A stretch of 60,661 nt of DNA from Micropruina sp. Its GTDB lineage: Bacteria > Actinomycetota > Actinomycetes > Propionibacteriales > Propionibacteriaceae. Each line of letters begins with the position of its first letter. Position 1 is the stretch's first letter. Below the pieces are notes generated by a model, which worked only from the letters and a program-made list of their open reading frames with translations, was not told the DNA's origin and searched no databases. Position numbers and translations under genes: made by a program. Location of the stretch: assembly GCF_027492755.1 (NCBI RefSeq), contig NZ_JAPUED010000125.1, forward strand, positions 1 to 60,661, read 5' to 3'. Positions 19,330 to 28,959 of the stretch are shown piece after piece.

Positions 19330-20649
19330 TCAGGTGATGTCCGGTGCGGGACCGGCGGTGACGTCGCGGTACAGGTGTTCGCCGGCACTGATCCCGAAGG
19401 TGTGCAGGGTGTCGATCTCGTCGCGCAGCACCTCGCCGAGCCGGCGGGTGCCTTCGATGATCCGCTCCGGAGTCGGGAAACAGTAGGAGAGCCGCATGTT
19501 CCGGCTACCCATCCCGTCGGCGTAGAACGCGGGGCCGGGCACGTAGGCCACCCGGGCCGAAACAGCGCGGGGCAGCATCGCCTGCGAGTCCAGCCCTTCC
19601 GGGAGGGTGACCCAGACGAAGAAGCCGCCGGTGGGGTGCGTCCACGTGCTGCCGTCGGGCATGTTCTCGGCCAGCCCTTGCAGCATGGCATCGCGGCGTG
19701 CCCGGTACATGTCCCGGTACACCTGGATCTGCCCGCGCCAGTCGAACTGATGCAGATAGGTCGAGATGGCGAACTGGCTGAACACCGGCGGTGCCAGCGT
19801 CGCGGATTCCTGCGCCAGCGTCAGCTTCTCGCGGACGGCGTGCGGCGCCAGCGCCCAGCCGACCCGGAAGCCGGGCGCGAAGGTCTTCGAGAACGACCCG
19901 AGGTACACCACCCGCTCGGCATCCATCGAACGCAGCGCCGGCAGCGGCTCACCCTCGATGGCCAGCAACCCGTACGGGTTGTCCTCGACGATCAGCAGGT
20001 CGAGCTCATGGGCGATCGCGATCAGCTCGCGCCGCCGCTCGATGGTCTGGGTGACGCCGGTCGGATTCTGATAATTCGGGATGGTGTAGAGGAATTTGAT
20101 CCGCTTGCCGGCGGACCGACACGCGGCCACCGCCTCACGCAAGGCCTGCGGAACGATGCCGAACTCGTCCATCGCGACATGGACGACCTGCACCTGGTAG
20201 GCACGGAAGGTGCCGATCGCGCCGACATAGGACGGCGCCTCGGCCAGGATCACGTCGCCGGGGTCGCAGAACACCCGGGTAACCAGGTCGAGGGCCTGCT
20301 GCGAACCGCAGCTGACCACGACATCGTCAGGATGGGCGGTGATCGCCTCTTCGGCCATCACCTGGGTGATCTGCTCGCGCATGAACGGCTCGCCCTGGCC
20401 CGACCCGTACTGCATCGCCTGGGTGCCGCGCTCGCGGATCAGGGACGAGATCGCCTCGCCGATCGCCTCGCGGGGCAGGTCGGCGATGTTGGGCATGCCG
20501 CCGGCCAGCGACACCACCTCGGGCCGGTTGGCTACCGCGAACAGGGCCCGGACGGCGGACACGGTGAGCCCGTGGGTGCGTTCGGCGTAGGTGTCGATCC
20601 ACGGATCGAGCACCGTGTCACGACGTTGAACGGGTTCCGGCAGGCTCAC
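19330..20649 (-). CDS. PLP-dependent aminotransferase class I/II (MocR/ARO8-like)
   Basis: SLAGGMP, YQNPTG, EDNPY, GSFSKTFAPGFRVGW. Confidence 0.92.
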   Translation of the reverse strand: MSLPEPVQRRDTVLDPWIDTYAERTHGLTVSAVRALFAVANRPEVVSLAGGMPNIADLPREAIGEAISSLIRERGTQAMQYGSGQGEPFMREQITQVMAEEAITAHPDDVVVSCGSQQALDLVTRVFCDPGDVILAEAPSYVGAIGTFRAYQVQVVHVAMDEFGIVPQALREAVAACRSAGKRIKFLYTIPNYQNPTGVTQTIERRRELIAIAHELDLLIVEDNPYGLLAIEGEPLPALRSMDAERVVYLGSFSKTFAPGFRVGWALAPHAVREKLTLAQESATLAPPVFSQFAISTYLHQFDWRGQIQVYRDMYRARRDAMLQGLAENMPDGSTWTHPTGGFFVWVTLPEGLDSQAMLPRAVSARVAYVPGPAFYADGMGSRNMRLSYCFPTPERIIEGTRRLGEVLRDEIDTLHTFGISAGEHLYRDVTAGPAPDIT

Positions 20650-20722
20650 CGCGCCAGCTTATCCAGCTGCCTAAGATGAACGTGACTTACGTGCCCAGGT
20701 GGTCGGAGCCCAGGAGGACGCC

Positions 20723-21262
20723 GTGGTCAGCATCGAGCTGGTCGGACCGGGGGCCGTGCGCGGCCTGGCCTGCCCCTACTGCGGACGCCCCATGCCGCTG
20801 GACGAGGCGGGCATGATCGCCGCCCAGGCGGCCTGGGGCTGGTGCGGTGCGCTGGGAATCGAGGACGGCCGGACGGTGGGACTGTTGCTGGTCTCGGCCG
20901 CCACGTCCGGCGATCCTCGGGTGACGGTGGCCAGGATCGGTGCCGGCTGGGTGCGCCCGGGCGATGTCCGGCAGGGAACCGGCCGGGCCATGCTGCACGC
21001 GCTGGCCGGCGGCCTGCATCGCGCTCGGGTGGGCACGCTTTTCGCCAGCTCGGATCCGCATCGGGGCTGCGCCGCGCTGCCGTCCGGGTTCCTGGACGGC
21101 ACCGGCTTCATCGCGATGAACCCCGCCCACCACTGGCGGCTGGACCTCAACGGTGCGGTGCCCGTGGTGAAGCACTCGGTCCTCGTCCGGCTCGGACGCC
21201 TGGTGCGGGCGGTCCGCCCGGTGGCGCCCCCGGAACCGGCCCGGAGAACAGAGATCAGATGA
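20723..21262 (+). CDS. Divergent GNAT-like protein
   Basis: AGGAGG RBS before GTG at 20723; V...VRQGTGRAML resembles the acetyl-CoA motif; syntenic with the actinobacterial GNAT near parB/trxA. Confidence 0.6.
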   Translation: MVSIELVGPGAVRGLACPYCGRPMPLDEAGMIAAQAAWGWCGALGIEDGRTVGLLLVSAATSGDPRVTVARIGAGWVRPGDVRQGTGRAMLHALAGGLHRARVGTLFASSDPHRGCAALPSGFLDGTGFIAMNPAHHWRLDLNGAVPVVKHSVLVRLGRLVRAVRPVAPPEPARRTEIR

Positions 21263-21578
21263 ACTCGTCGAGGGCCCGGAGCAGCGCGGCCTTCGTCTTG
21301 CCACCGGTGAACGACTTGACCAGCTCGCCACCCGAGTAGATCTGGATGGTCGGCAGCCCGAGCACACCCTGTTCGGTCGGGATGCGCGGGTTGGTGTTGG
21401 TGTCGAGCGAGTAGAAATCGATCCGGTCACCGTGTTCGCGGGCGAGTTCCTCGATGATCGGGGCGATCTGGCGGCATGGTGCGCACCAGTCAGCCCAGTA
21501 GTCGACCAGCACCGGCTTGCTGGCGCGGACGACCTTTGACTCGAAGGTGTCGTCGGTGACGGCGGTCACGTGGGCCAC
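21255..21578 (-). CDS. trxA: Thioredoxin
   Basis: WADWCAPCR active site; cis-Pro GLPT. Confidence 0.95.
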   Translation of the reverse strand: MAHVTAVTDDTFESKVVRASKPVLVDYWADWCAPCRQIAPIIEELAREHGDRIDFYSLDTNTNPRIPTEQGVLGLPTIQIYSGGELVKSFTGGKTKAALLRALDEFI

Positions 21579-21617
21579 GGGGGTTCCTCTCGTTGCGGAC
21601 GGCGGGAGTGGCGTCGG

Positions 21618-22616
21618 TCAGACGATAGCTTCGAGCGCCGACAATTCCGCGCCCTGCAGCGTCTCGTCGCCCGGGTCGCCGGCATCGTGCAGCTCGGCCA
21701 GGTACCGCTCGGCGTCCAGGGCCGCGGAGCAGCCGGTACCGGCTGCGGTGATCGCCTGCCGGTAGGTGTGGTCGACCAGATCGCCGGCGGCGAAGACGCC
21801 GGACAGGTTGGTCTGGGTGGAGCCCGGCTGAACCAGCACGTAGCCCGCGGGGTCGGTGTCGACCTGACCGCGCACCAGCTCGGAGCGCGGGTCGTGGCCG
21901 ATCGCTATGAAGCAGCCCTGCACGGGCAGCTCGCGCTGTTCGCCGGTGACGGTGTCGGTCAGCGTCAACGAGGTCAGCGACTGCTCGCCGTTGATGGACG
22001 CCACGGCCGAGTTCCAGGCGAACGAGATCTTCGGGTCGGCCGCCGCGCGGGCCACCATGATCTTGGACGCCCGCAGCTCGTCGCGGCGATGCACCACGGT
22101 CACCGAGGACGCGAACCGGGACAAGAAGGTCGCCTCCTCCAGCGCCGAATCGCCGCCGCCGACCACCGCGATGTCCTTGTCGCGGAAGAAGAAGCCGTCG
22201 CAGGTGGCGCACCAGCTGACGCCGCGTCCGGACAGCCGGTCCTCACCGGGCAGGCCGAGGCGCCGGTAGCCGGAGCCCATGGCCAAGATGACGGCCTTGG
22301 CGCGGTGGGTGCCACCTTCGGAGTCGGTGACGGACTTGATCGGGCCGGTCAGGTCGGCCTCGACGATGTCGTCGGTGACGATCTCGGCGCCGAACCGCTC
22401 GGCCTGCGCCCGCAGGTTCGCCATCAACTCAGGGCCCATGATGCCCTCGGGGAAGCCGGGGAAGTTCTCCACCTCGGTGGTGTTCATCAGGGCACCGCCG
22501 GATTCCAGCGCACCCTCGAAGACCAGCGGCTTGAGGTCGGCCCGGGCGGCGTAGATGGCGGCGGTGTAGCCCGAGGGGCCGGAGCCGATGATGATGACTT
22601 CGCGGATCTCTGACAT
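21618..22616 (-). CDS. trxB: Thioredoxin reductase
   Basis: [28 protein letters not shown]; ATG at 22616 with AAGGA RBS. Confidence 0.97.
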   Translation of the reverse strand: MSEIREVIIIGSGPSGYTAAIYAARADLKPLVFEGALESGGALMNTTEVENFPGFPEGIMGPELMANLRAQAERFGAEIVTDDIVEADLTGPIKSVTDSEGGTHRAKAVILAMGSGYRRLGLPGEDRLSGRGVSWCATCDGFFFRDKDIAVVGGGDSALEEATFLSRFASSVTVVHRRDELRASKIMVARAAADPKISFAWNSAVASINGEQSLTSLTLTDTVTGEQRELPVQGCFIAIGHDPRSELVRGQVDTDPAGYVLVQPGSTQTNLSGVFAAGDLVDHTYRQAITAAGTGCSAALDAERYLAELHDAGDPGDETLQGAELSALEAIV

Positions 22617-22710
22617 GGCGTCCTTCTGCGGAGGATGGAACGGGCCCAGCCTAATGCGGGCGGCCGCTGTGTTGGAGCAACCGTCGGCGCGAGCGCGATA
22701 TTCCGACCGC

Positions 22711-22757
22711 CGGCCGGGCTTGCCGAAAACCCGGTCAGGTCTCGACAAGCCCGGCCG
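22711..22757. repeat. REP-like palindrome, family 1 variant with compensatory outer arms
   Basis: CGGCCGGGCTTGCCGAAAAC ... GGTCTCGACAAGCCCGGCCG at the left edge of the glycerol island. Confidence 0.75.
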
Positions 22758-22764
22758 ACGGGGG

Positions 22765-24114
22765 CTACTCCTGCCCGGCCCAGAAGCCGCCCGGAGCGAA
22801 CAGTTCGTCGACCAGCTCGTCGAGTAGGTTCGCCTCGAGCAGCAGGTCGAGCACCGTGTAGCGCTTCCGGATCATCTGGGCACGCCGGTAGGTGTCCTTG
22901 AACTGCTCCCAGCTCAGCGCGATGTCGTAGGGATGGGCGGGCGTGCCGGCGGCGCGCAGCATCCGCTGCAGCTCGGCGGCCGGAATCAGCTGAGCCGCCA
23001 GCTTCCGGCTCAGATCGCCCCACAGCGACTTCACCAACTCGAGCCGTTCCCGCAACTGTTCGGGCGTGAGGTGCTTGGCCAGCGCCTGAGCGACGATCTC
23101 GTCGACCAGGTGTGGCTGGTGAACGGCACGGACCCGTGCCTCCAACTCGGCGGCGTCGGGGTACGCGGCGACCGCGGCGTCCACGTCCAGCTGGGACAGG
23201 TCCCGCTGCAGCAGCCGTTCGTACAGGGCCGCCATCGAGACGCTGCCGACCGCCACCTTGAAGCCGTGCGACAGCCGGCGGGGCTTGATGGTGGTGCCGT
23301 GTCCCTCCATCTCCCAGAGGTGGGCGAACTGATGTTCGGCACCGGACGCCGGCCGCGACGACGCATGTGCCTGCATCGCCAATCCGGACATCACCAGGCC
23401 CTCGGCCAGTTCGCCGATCGCGGCCGGGTCGCCGGCGGCCAGAGCCTCCGGCCGGGAGAGCGAGGCCCGCAGCGGTCCCTGCACCAACTCCCATACGTAG
23501 TCGTCGAGGGCCTCCGTGCCGACCGCGTCGGCGACGATCCAGTCGGCGCCGGCGGGCACCTTGCCGAGCAGATCGCCGTAGCCGGACGCCGTCATCACCG
23601 CGGGCGCGGCGGCGAGCACCGTCCAGTCGGCGACACAGCCGGCCGGGGCCGGACAGTCCAGGGTCTGCTTGTACCCGCCGACGGCGATGGATGAGCCGAA
23701 GGCGGTGTAGCCGTCCATGGAGGCGGCGGTGGCGACCACCAGGTAGGGCCGACCCAACTCACCGGCGGCACGTTTGACCACGTCGTTGAGGGTGCCGGCA
23801 CCGACCGCAACCGGAACGGCGTCGACGTCGCGCAGAGCGTCGCGCAGCAGTTCACAGTTCTCGTACTTGGCGTACAGCTCAGGATCACCGGGGAAGACGT
23901 ATGGCTCGAGCACCCGGACGCCGCCCGAGGCCAGCGCGTCCACGACCGCGTTCCCGGCCACGGACATGGTCCGTTCGTCGCCCACCACCAGGGCAGGCCG
24001 GTCGCCGAAGGTGGACCGGAACAATTCCGCCACCCGGGCGATCGCGTCCGGTCCGGCGACCACTGCCTTCGTGTCGGTCGATGTCTGCAGGGCACGTTCG
24101 ATCAGCTCGGACAT
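22765..24114 (-). CDS. sn-glycerol-1-phosphate dehydrogenase (AraM/EgsA family)
   Basis: [48 protein letters not shown] metal-ligand motifs; bacterial AraM-like length. Confidence 0.87.
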   Translation of the reverse strand: MSELIERALQTSTDTKAVVAGPDAIARVAELFRSTFGDRPALVVGDERTMSVAGNAVVDALASGGVRVLEPYVFPGDPELYAKYENCELLRDALRDVDAVPVAVGAGTLNDVVKRAAGELGRPYLVVATAASMDGYTAFGSSIAVGGYKQTLDCPAPAGCVADWTVLAAAPAVMTASGYGDLLGKVPAGADWIVADAVGTEALDDYVWELVQGPLRASLSRPEALAAGDPAAIGELAEGLVMSGLAMQAHASSRPASGAEHQFAHLWEMEGHGTTIKPRRLSHGFKVAVGSVSMAALYERLLQRDLSQLDVDAAVAAYPDAAELEARVRAVHQPHLVDEIVAQALAKHLTPEQLRERLELVKSLWGDLSRKLAAQLIPAAELQRMLRAAGTPAHPYDIALSWEQFKDTYRRAQMIRKRYTVLDLLLEANLLDELVDELFAPGGFWAGQE

Positions 24115-24117
24115 CGC

Positions 24118-24978
24118 TCACTCCCAGTTGTCGTCGGTCCAGCCCAGCTCGTCCCAGACCGCAGCCGGGATCAGCCGATCCACGCGGTCCATGACGTACG
24201 AGGGCTGGTGCTCCGGCGTCAGCGCACGGACGTCGTCGGCCGTCGCCTCGCCGGTCAGCACCAGGCCGGACACCATGCCGGTGTCCAACGCCATCTGAAT
24301 ATCGGTCTGCAGCCGGTCGCCGACCATCATGGAATGCTCGACCTTGGCGTCCAGGCCCTCCATGGTGACCTGGAGCATGATCGGGTCGGGTTTGCCCAGC
24401 GACTTGACGCACTTGGTCCGGGTGCAGGCCTCGATGGCGGCGGTGATCGAGGCGCAGTCGGGCTCACCGCGTCCGCCGGGGAAGGGGCAGAACCGGTCCG
24501 GGTTGGTCTCGATCAGGAATGCCCGCTTGTAGAACCAGATCGCGTCGAAGGCGATCTGCAGCTTGCGGTACTCGAAGCTGCGGTCGTAGCTGGCGATCAC
24601 GATGTCGATCTCTTCGGGATCGTCGCTCAACGTGAAGCCGGCCTTGGTCAGGGCCCGCTTCAGCGGCTCTTCGCTGATCGGGAAGAGGACGGCGTCGGGA
24701 TGGTGCGCCTTCAGCCACTTCGTGGTGGTGACGATGGTGTTGGAGATGTCCTCCACCGGGGTGGGCAGCCCGAGCTTGGTCAGCTTGCGGGCGTACATCT
24801 CGGGGTCCTTGGTGGGATTGTTGGACAGATAACGGATCGGGATCTCGCGGCGGCGCAGCTCGTTGATCATCCGAGCGGCACCGGGCAGCAGGTGGTCGCC
24901 GAGATAGATAGTGCCGTCCATGTCGAAGACATAGGCGTCATAGAACTCTTCCGGACCGCGAAGCACGTCGTGCACCAT
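24118..24978 (-). CDS. HAD-IIA (NagD/AraL-like) phosphatase
   Basis: FDMDGTIY, LSNN, TNPD, GKP, MVGDRLQTDI, VLTG. Confidence 0.92.
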   Translation of the reverse strand: MVHDVLRGPEEFYDAYVFDMDGTIYLGDHLLPGAARMINELRRREIPIRYLSNNPTKDPEMYARKLTKLGLPTPVEDISNTIVTTTKWLKAHHPDAVLFPISEEPLKRALTKAGFTLSDDPEEIDIVIASYDRSFEYRKLQIAFDAIWFYKRAFLIETNPDRFCPFPGGRGEPDCASITAAIEACTRTKCVKSLGKPDPIMLQVTMEGLDAKVEHSMMVGDRLQTDIQMALDTGMVSGLVLTGEATADDVRALTPEHQPSYVMDRVDRLIPAAVWDELGWTDDNWE

Positions 24979-25039
24979 CGATAGTTGCCTTCCTGGGCTG
25001 CGAAATCACCGTGAACTGATATCGGTCGTGAACAGATGG

Positions 25040-25089
25040 AGGGAAAAAGAGGTGGCTCGGCCCGCCGGTGAGGCCACCGGCGGGCCGGG
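25040..25089 (-). terminator. Intrinsic terminator after the small repeat peptide gene
   Basis: Stem CGGCCCGCCGGTG/CACCGGCGGGCCG followed on the minus strand by TCTTTTT. Confidence 0.75.
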
Positions 25090-25106
25090 TCGGGGTCGTT
25101 GCGGGC

Positions 25107-25337
25107 TCAGTCCTGGGATTCTTCCTGGGCCTCGTCTTCGTCCAGGCCGGTTCGGTGGACGTAGCCCGGCGAGCTGTCGCCGCCGTAGCTCGGGTCGACT
25201 CCGGGGTAGCGGGGATCGTGCGGGTGCGGGGCGTTCTCGCCGCCGTAGCCCTCCTCCACCTCGGGATCGGAGTGCGGATGTGGATGGTCCGCTCCGCCGT
25301 AGGCCGGGTCGACGTCGAATGTCTTGTCCTCGGTCAT
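25107..25337 (-). CDS. 76-aa acidic peptide with three xxYGG repeats and HPH motifs
   Basis: Strong AAAGGAGG RBS, GC3-rich codons and its own terminator. Sequence MTEDKTFDVDPAYGGADHPHPHSDPEVEEGYGGENAPHPHDPRYPGVDPSYGGDSSPGYVHRTGLDEDEAQEESQD. Confidence 0.8.
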   Translation of the reverse strand: MTEDKTFDVDPAYGGADHPHPHSDPEVEEGYGGENAPHPHDPRYPGVDPSYGGDSSPGYVHRTGLDEDEAQEESQD

Positions 25338-25447
25338 GATGCGCCTCCTTTCGGGTATTGCCGCCAGCTGCCTCAGAGCGTCCGAGGCAGTGAAACGTCT
25401 TGTCAACAGGCTACTCCCGGTCGGTGAACGAGACGAGAGTGAGAGAC

Positions 25448-25489
25448 GCCGGCCGGCGCGGGACGGGATCCCGAGCTGCGCCGGCCGGC
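25448..25489 (-). terminator. GC-rich hairpin after the membrane protein gene
   Basis: GCCGGCCGGCGC ... GCGCCGGCCGGC inverted repeat 3' of the stop. Confidence 0.6.
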
Positions 25490-25512
25490 ATCAGTGGTTT
25501 GCTTCGATTCGC

Positions 25513-26535
25513 CTAGTTGCTGGCGCCGACCATGGCGGCAACGATCCAGATCAGCGTGGTGGCCAGGAAGATCGCGACGGCCGGGGGGTCGATGTGGGTC
25601 TTGCCGCGGTCCTGGAACAGCCGGGCGGAGAGTTCGCCGAGGAATGCCGAGATCGTGGCGAACACGGCACCGATCAGCAGGGCTCCGACGGCCAGGCCGT
25701 AGTCGACGCCCAGTGCGGTGTCGACCTTCAACGCGTGCAGGCTCGCGGCGCTGATCACCTTTTCACCGGCCAGGATCGGGTAGAAGACCATCGCGCCGAG
25801 ACCACCGATGATCGTCATGTGGTGGGTAACCGGCGAGTTGTAGCCGATGTTCAGGAAGAAGATCGTGATCGCCGAGATGGCCCAAGGGAACGCCGCCGCG
25901 CTCATGCCCACACCGGGGAAGTTGACCGCGAGCAGCAGGGACACGCCACCGGCGAGCAGGCCGGGGAAGATGCCGAGCACGAGCAGCTGCGAAGGCTTCT
26001 CCTGGTAGCGCACCCACGCGTAGCCCTCATGCGGAGCCAACTTGCTGCCGGAGGGGTTGAAGTGCTCGGGGTTGATCAGCGAGCGGTCGGCGAAGGCCAG
26101 CCGGGTTCCGATGCCCAGCACGGCCACGGTCAGCGCGATCGCGTCGGTGTGACCGCCGAGCCAGGGAATCTTGCCGAAGACGTAGCTGACCAGGAGCCAG
26201 CCGACCACACCGGTCGCGGCACCCACCAGCAGGACGTCGGGCTTGCCGAGCCGAGCGAGTGGCTGAGCGATGTCCTTGCCGTTGTCGGTGTACCCCTTCA
26301 TCGCCGCGTAGGCGGAGCCGGCGACGGCGCCGGTGAACGCGACATGGGGGCCGGTGAACGGACCGAAAGCCACGTAGCTGAACAGGAAGCTGGAGACGTC
26401 GGCGCCCCCAGCCACTCCCGCGGCCGTCGCCGCGAGGCCGGCGAAGCCGGTGATCACGAAGGAGAAGTTGCCGCCGACACACGCACCGAAGAATCCTCCG
26501 GCCGCGGCGACGAGCAACAGAAATACAAATTCCAT
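25513..26535 (-). CDS. Gly/Ala-rich polytopic membrane protein, putative permease (not MIP family)
   Basis: About 10 hydrophobic segments; motifs GGFFGACVG, FGPFTGPHVAF, PVTHH, THIDPPA; no NPA boxes; ATG at 26535 with GGAAAG RBS. Confidence 0.82.
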   Translation of the reverse strand: MEFVFLLLVAAAGGFFGACVGGNFSFVITGFAGLAATAAGVAGGADVSSFLFSYVAFGPFTGPHVAFTGAVAGSAYAAMKGYTDNGKDIAQPLARLGKPDVLLVGAATGVVGWLLVSYVFGKIPWLGGHTDAIALTVAVLGIGTRLAFADRSLINPEHFNPSGSKLAPHEGYAWVRYQEKPSQLLVLGIFPGLLAGGVSLLLAVNFPGVGMSAAAFPWAISAITIFFLNIGYNSPVTHHMTIIGGLGAMVFYPILAGEKVISAASLHALKVDTALGVDYGLAVGALLIGAVFATISAFLGELSARLFQDRGKTHIDPPAVAIFLATTLIWIVAAMVGASN

Positions 26536-26758
26536 GGTTGCCACGCTTTCCATTGAGTGCTGGTTTGGTCCAGCCCCGGCTGGGCTGGGAACTGTGTGAG
26601 TCAGTCGCGGGACTGATCGGTGGCCGCAGAGGCCATTCGTACTCCTTTGCACGAGGTTGGCGGATCCCGCCGACTGGGCCCGCTGGGGTGAACCTACCAG
26701 TGGCTGAGGTGTTAGTAACAGCTTTTGTGAGAGGAGAACGCCTGATGGGACAATCGGT

Positions 26759-27553
26759 TCAGCCGGCCGCGCGGACGACCCGCACGCCCTTCCCGCGAAG
26801 CTCTTCGATGGCCTCGTCGGGCGTCTGAGAGTCCATGATCACCTGATCGAAGTCAGTCATCGAGGCGAAGGTGTGCAGGGCGCGGCGATCGAGCTTGGTG
26901 TGGTCGAGCAGCAGGATCGACTTGTCCGCCGACGCCATCATCGCCCGCTTCACCTGGGCGCAGTCCTCATAGGGGTGGTAGCAGAGCAGATCGCTGATGC
27001 CGGACGCCGACACCAGGCAGTAGTCGGCCCGGATGTCGGCGATCACATGGGTGGTGGTCTGCCCGACCATGGCCTCGGACCAGGCCTGGTACTCACCGCC
27101 GGTGACGAACAGCCGGATTCCGGAGCGACGCTCCAACTCGCGGGCGACCAGCATCGAGTTGGTGACCACGGTGAGCGGCACGAGCTCCAGCATGCGCAGC
27201 ACCCACAACGCCGTGGTGGAGTCATCGACCAGGATGGAACTGCCGGGGCGGATCTGTTCGACCACCACCCGGGCCACTTCCTGCTTCAGGTCGGCGTTCT
27301 GGTTCACCCTGATGCTGGCACCGATCTCGTTCAAACCGGTGGCCACGGCGGTCACCTGGCCGCGGTGCCGGATCAGCACGCCGGCCTCCTCGAGCGATTC
27401 GATGTCGCGATACACCGTCATCGCCGAGACTCCGGTCAGGTCCACGAGTTCGTCGACTGAGGCCGATCCGTTCTTGACGACCCGTTCGGCGATCGCCATC
27501 CGGCGTTCGCGTAGCGCACCGACAGAACCTCGGCCACGCCCTTTGGTCGCCAT
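26759..27553 (-). CDS. DeoR/GlpR family transcriptional regulator
   Basis: N-terminal wHTH (VSAMTVYRD..LE), DDSTT, VVTNS, TGG, LLDHTK. Confidence 0.93.
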   Translation of the reverse strand: MATKGRGRGSVGALRERRMAIAERVVKNGSASVDELVDLTGVSAMTVYRDIESLEEAGVLIRHRGQVTAVATGLNEIGASIRVNQNADLKQEVARVVVEQIRPGSSILVDDSTTALWVLRMLELVPLTVVTNSMLVARELERRSGIRLFVTGGEYQAWSEAMVGQTTTHVIADIRADYCLVSASGISDLLCYHPYEDCAQVKRAMMASADKSILLLDHTKLDRRALHTFASMTDFDQVIMDSQTPDEAIEELRGKGVRVVRAAG

Positions 27554-27805
27554 GCGAGTTCATCCTTCGTTCGTTGTCACACTCATGATGCCCTATTTGT
27601 TGACAATCAACTCCATCATTCGCACGAAAGCCGGCTGAGATGATGAGACTTCGGCAGACCTGCTCAGGGCGTGGGCGGCGGCACCCTCGGGGTCTGCCGG
27701 CCGGTGCTCGGTTCGGATGACGTCGGGTGGGTCGGCCACTAGGTTGGAGGTCTGTCGGCAACGTTGCCGGCACTACCCCGGCATCGTCCGGAAAGGAGAA
27801 CCCTC

Positions 27806-28873
27806 ATGGCGACACTGGTGGTCCTCGGCTCGGGAATCATGGCGACAGCCCTAGCGACCCCGTTCACCGACAACGGACACGAAGTGCGGCTGGTTGGAAC
27901 CCATCTGGATCGCGTGATCATCGACTCGATCAAGTCGACCCGCGTGCATCCGAACCTCAACTTGGCGGTGCCCGACAACGTCACCGCCTACCAGTTGGAG
28001 GACGCCGCCGAGGCCTTCGACGGCGCCGATCTGGTGATGAGCGGGGTGAACTCGTTCGGCGTCGATTGGGCGGGCGAGCAGCTGGCCGGGCTACTCCGTC
28101 CGGGCCAGCACGTGATCGCGCTGGCCAAGGGCATGCAGGCCGACTCCGACGGCAATCTGACCATCCTGCCCCGGGCGCTGATGGCGCACATTCCGGACGA
28201 GTTGCGCAGCCGGGTGTCGATCTCGGCGATCGCCGGGCCCTCGATCGCGGGCGAGGTGGCGATCCGGCGGCACACCAGCGTGGTGTTCACCGGCGAGGAC
28301 CCTGAGGTGCTGGCGATGTGGAAGGAGCTGTTCGAGACCGACTTCTACCACGTCTGGACGAGCACCGACTTCGTCGGCGTCGAGGTGTGCGCGGCGACCA
28401 AGAACTGCTACGCCTTCGGCGCAGGCTTCATGCACGGCCAGCTCAAGGCTTTCGGCGAGGCAGACCCGCAGTACGTCAACTACAACTACGGCGCCGCGCT
28501 GTTCGGCCAGGCGTCGGTGGAGATGACCCAGTTCATGGACCTGCTCGGCGGGCAGCAGTCCACGGTGCTCGGACTCCCCGGCATCGGCGACTGCTTCGTC
28601 ACCTCGATGGGTGGACGCAACGTCAAGGTCGGCACCCTGGTCGGCGAGGGCATGACGTTCACCCAGGCCCGCGATCAGATGCCGGGGGTCACCTTGGAGG
28701 GTGCGGCGGCGATCAAGGTGATCGGCGACGCCTTCGAGCGGCTCACCGAGCGTGGTGTGCTGACGTCCGAGCAGTTCCCGCTGCTGCGCCACCTGCACGC
28801 CGTGGTGGCCAAGGATGCCGCCGTCGACGTGCCGTGGAAGACGTTCTTCGGCAGCAACGGCTCGGGAGTCTGA
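27806..28873 (+). CDS. NAD(P)H-dependent glycerol-3-phosphate dehydrogenase family protein (divergent GpsA-like)
   Basis: VLGSGIMA Rossmann loop, AKG, GPSIAGEV, GVEVCAATKN, GIGDCFVTSMGGRN, TLEG; AAAGGAG RBS. Confidence 0.88.
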   Translation: MATLVVLGSGIMATALATPFTDNGHEVRLVGTHLDRVIIDSIKSTRVHPNLNLAVPDNVTAYQLEDAAEAFDGADLVMSGVNSFGVDWAGEQLAGLLRPGQHVIALAKGMQADSDGNLTILPRALMAHIPDELRSRVSISAIAGPSIAGEVAIRRHTSVVFTGEDPEVLAMWKELFETDFYHVWTSTDFVGVEVCAATKNCYAFGAGFMHGQLKAFGEADPQYVNYNYGAALFGQASVEMTQFMDLLGGQQSTVLGLPGIGDCFVTSMGGRNVKVGTLVGEGMTFTQARDQMPGVTLEGAAAIKVIGDAFERLTERGVLTSEQFPLLRHLHAVVAKDAAVDVPWKTFFGSNGSGV

Positions 28874-28883
28874 GACAACCGCC

Positions 28884-28950
28884 GGTCGAGCTTGTCGAGA
28901 CCCTCGGGGGTTTCGACAAGCTCAACCCGCAAGCGTCGACAAGCTCAACC
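28884..28950. repeat. REP-like palindrome cluster, family 1 (three arms)
   Basis: GGTCGAGCTTGTCGAGACC (28884-28902), GGTTTCGACAAGCTCAACC (28909-28927) and TCGACAAGCTCAACC (28936-28950) between convergent genes. Confidence 0.85.
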
Positions 28951-28959
28951 AGCGATGTC

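Noticed and set aside
18361-20649. Ddl-like ligase plus aminotransferase as a novel biosynthetic or glycopeptide-resistance locus
   Set aside because: This pair commonly lies near parB in Actinobacteria; no vanH/vanX or tailoring genes.
25107-25337. Repeat peptide as a classical double-glycine bacteriocin or RiPP precursor
   Set aside because: No C39 peptidase-ABC exporter or modification enzyme nearby, and the cores are acidic; kept only as an unexplained peptide.
28884-28950. REP clusters, or the 9723-9761 repeat, as a mini CRISPR array
   Set aside because: Units are inverted or only duplicated, spacers are too short and irregular, and no cas genes are present.
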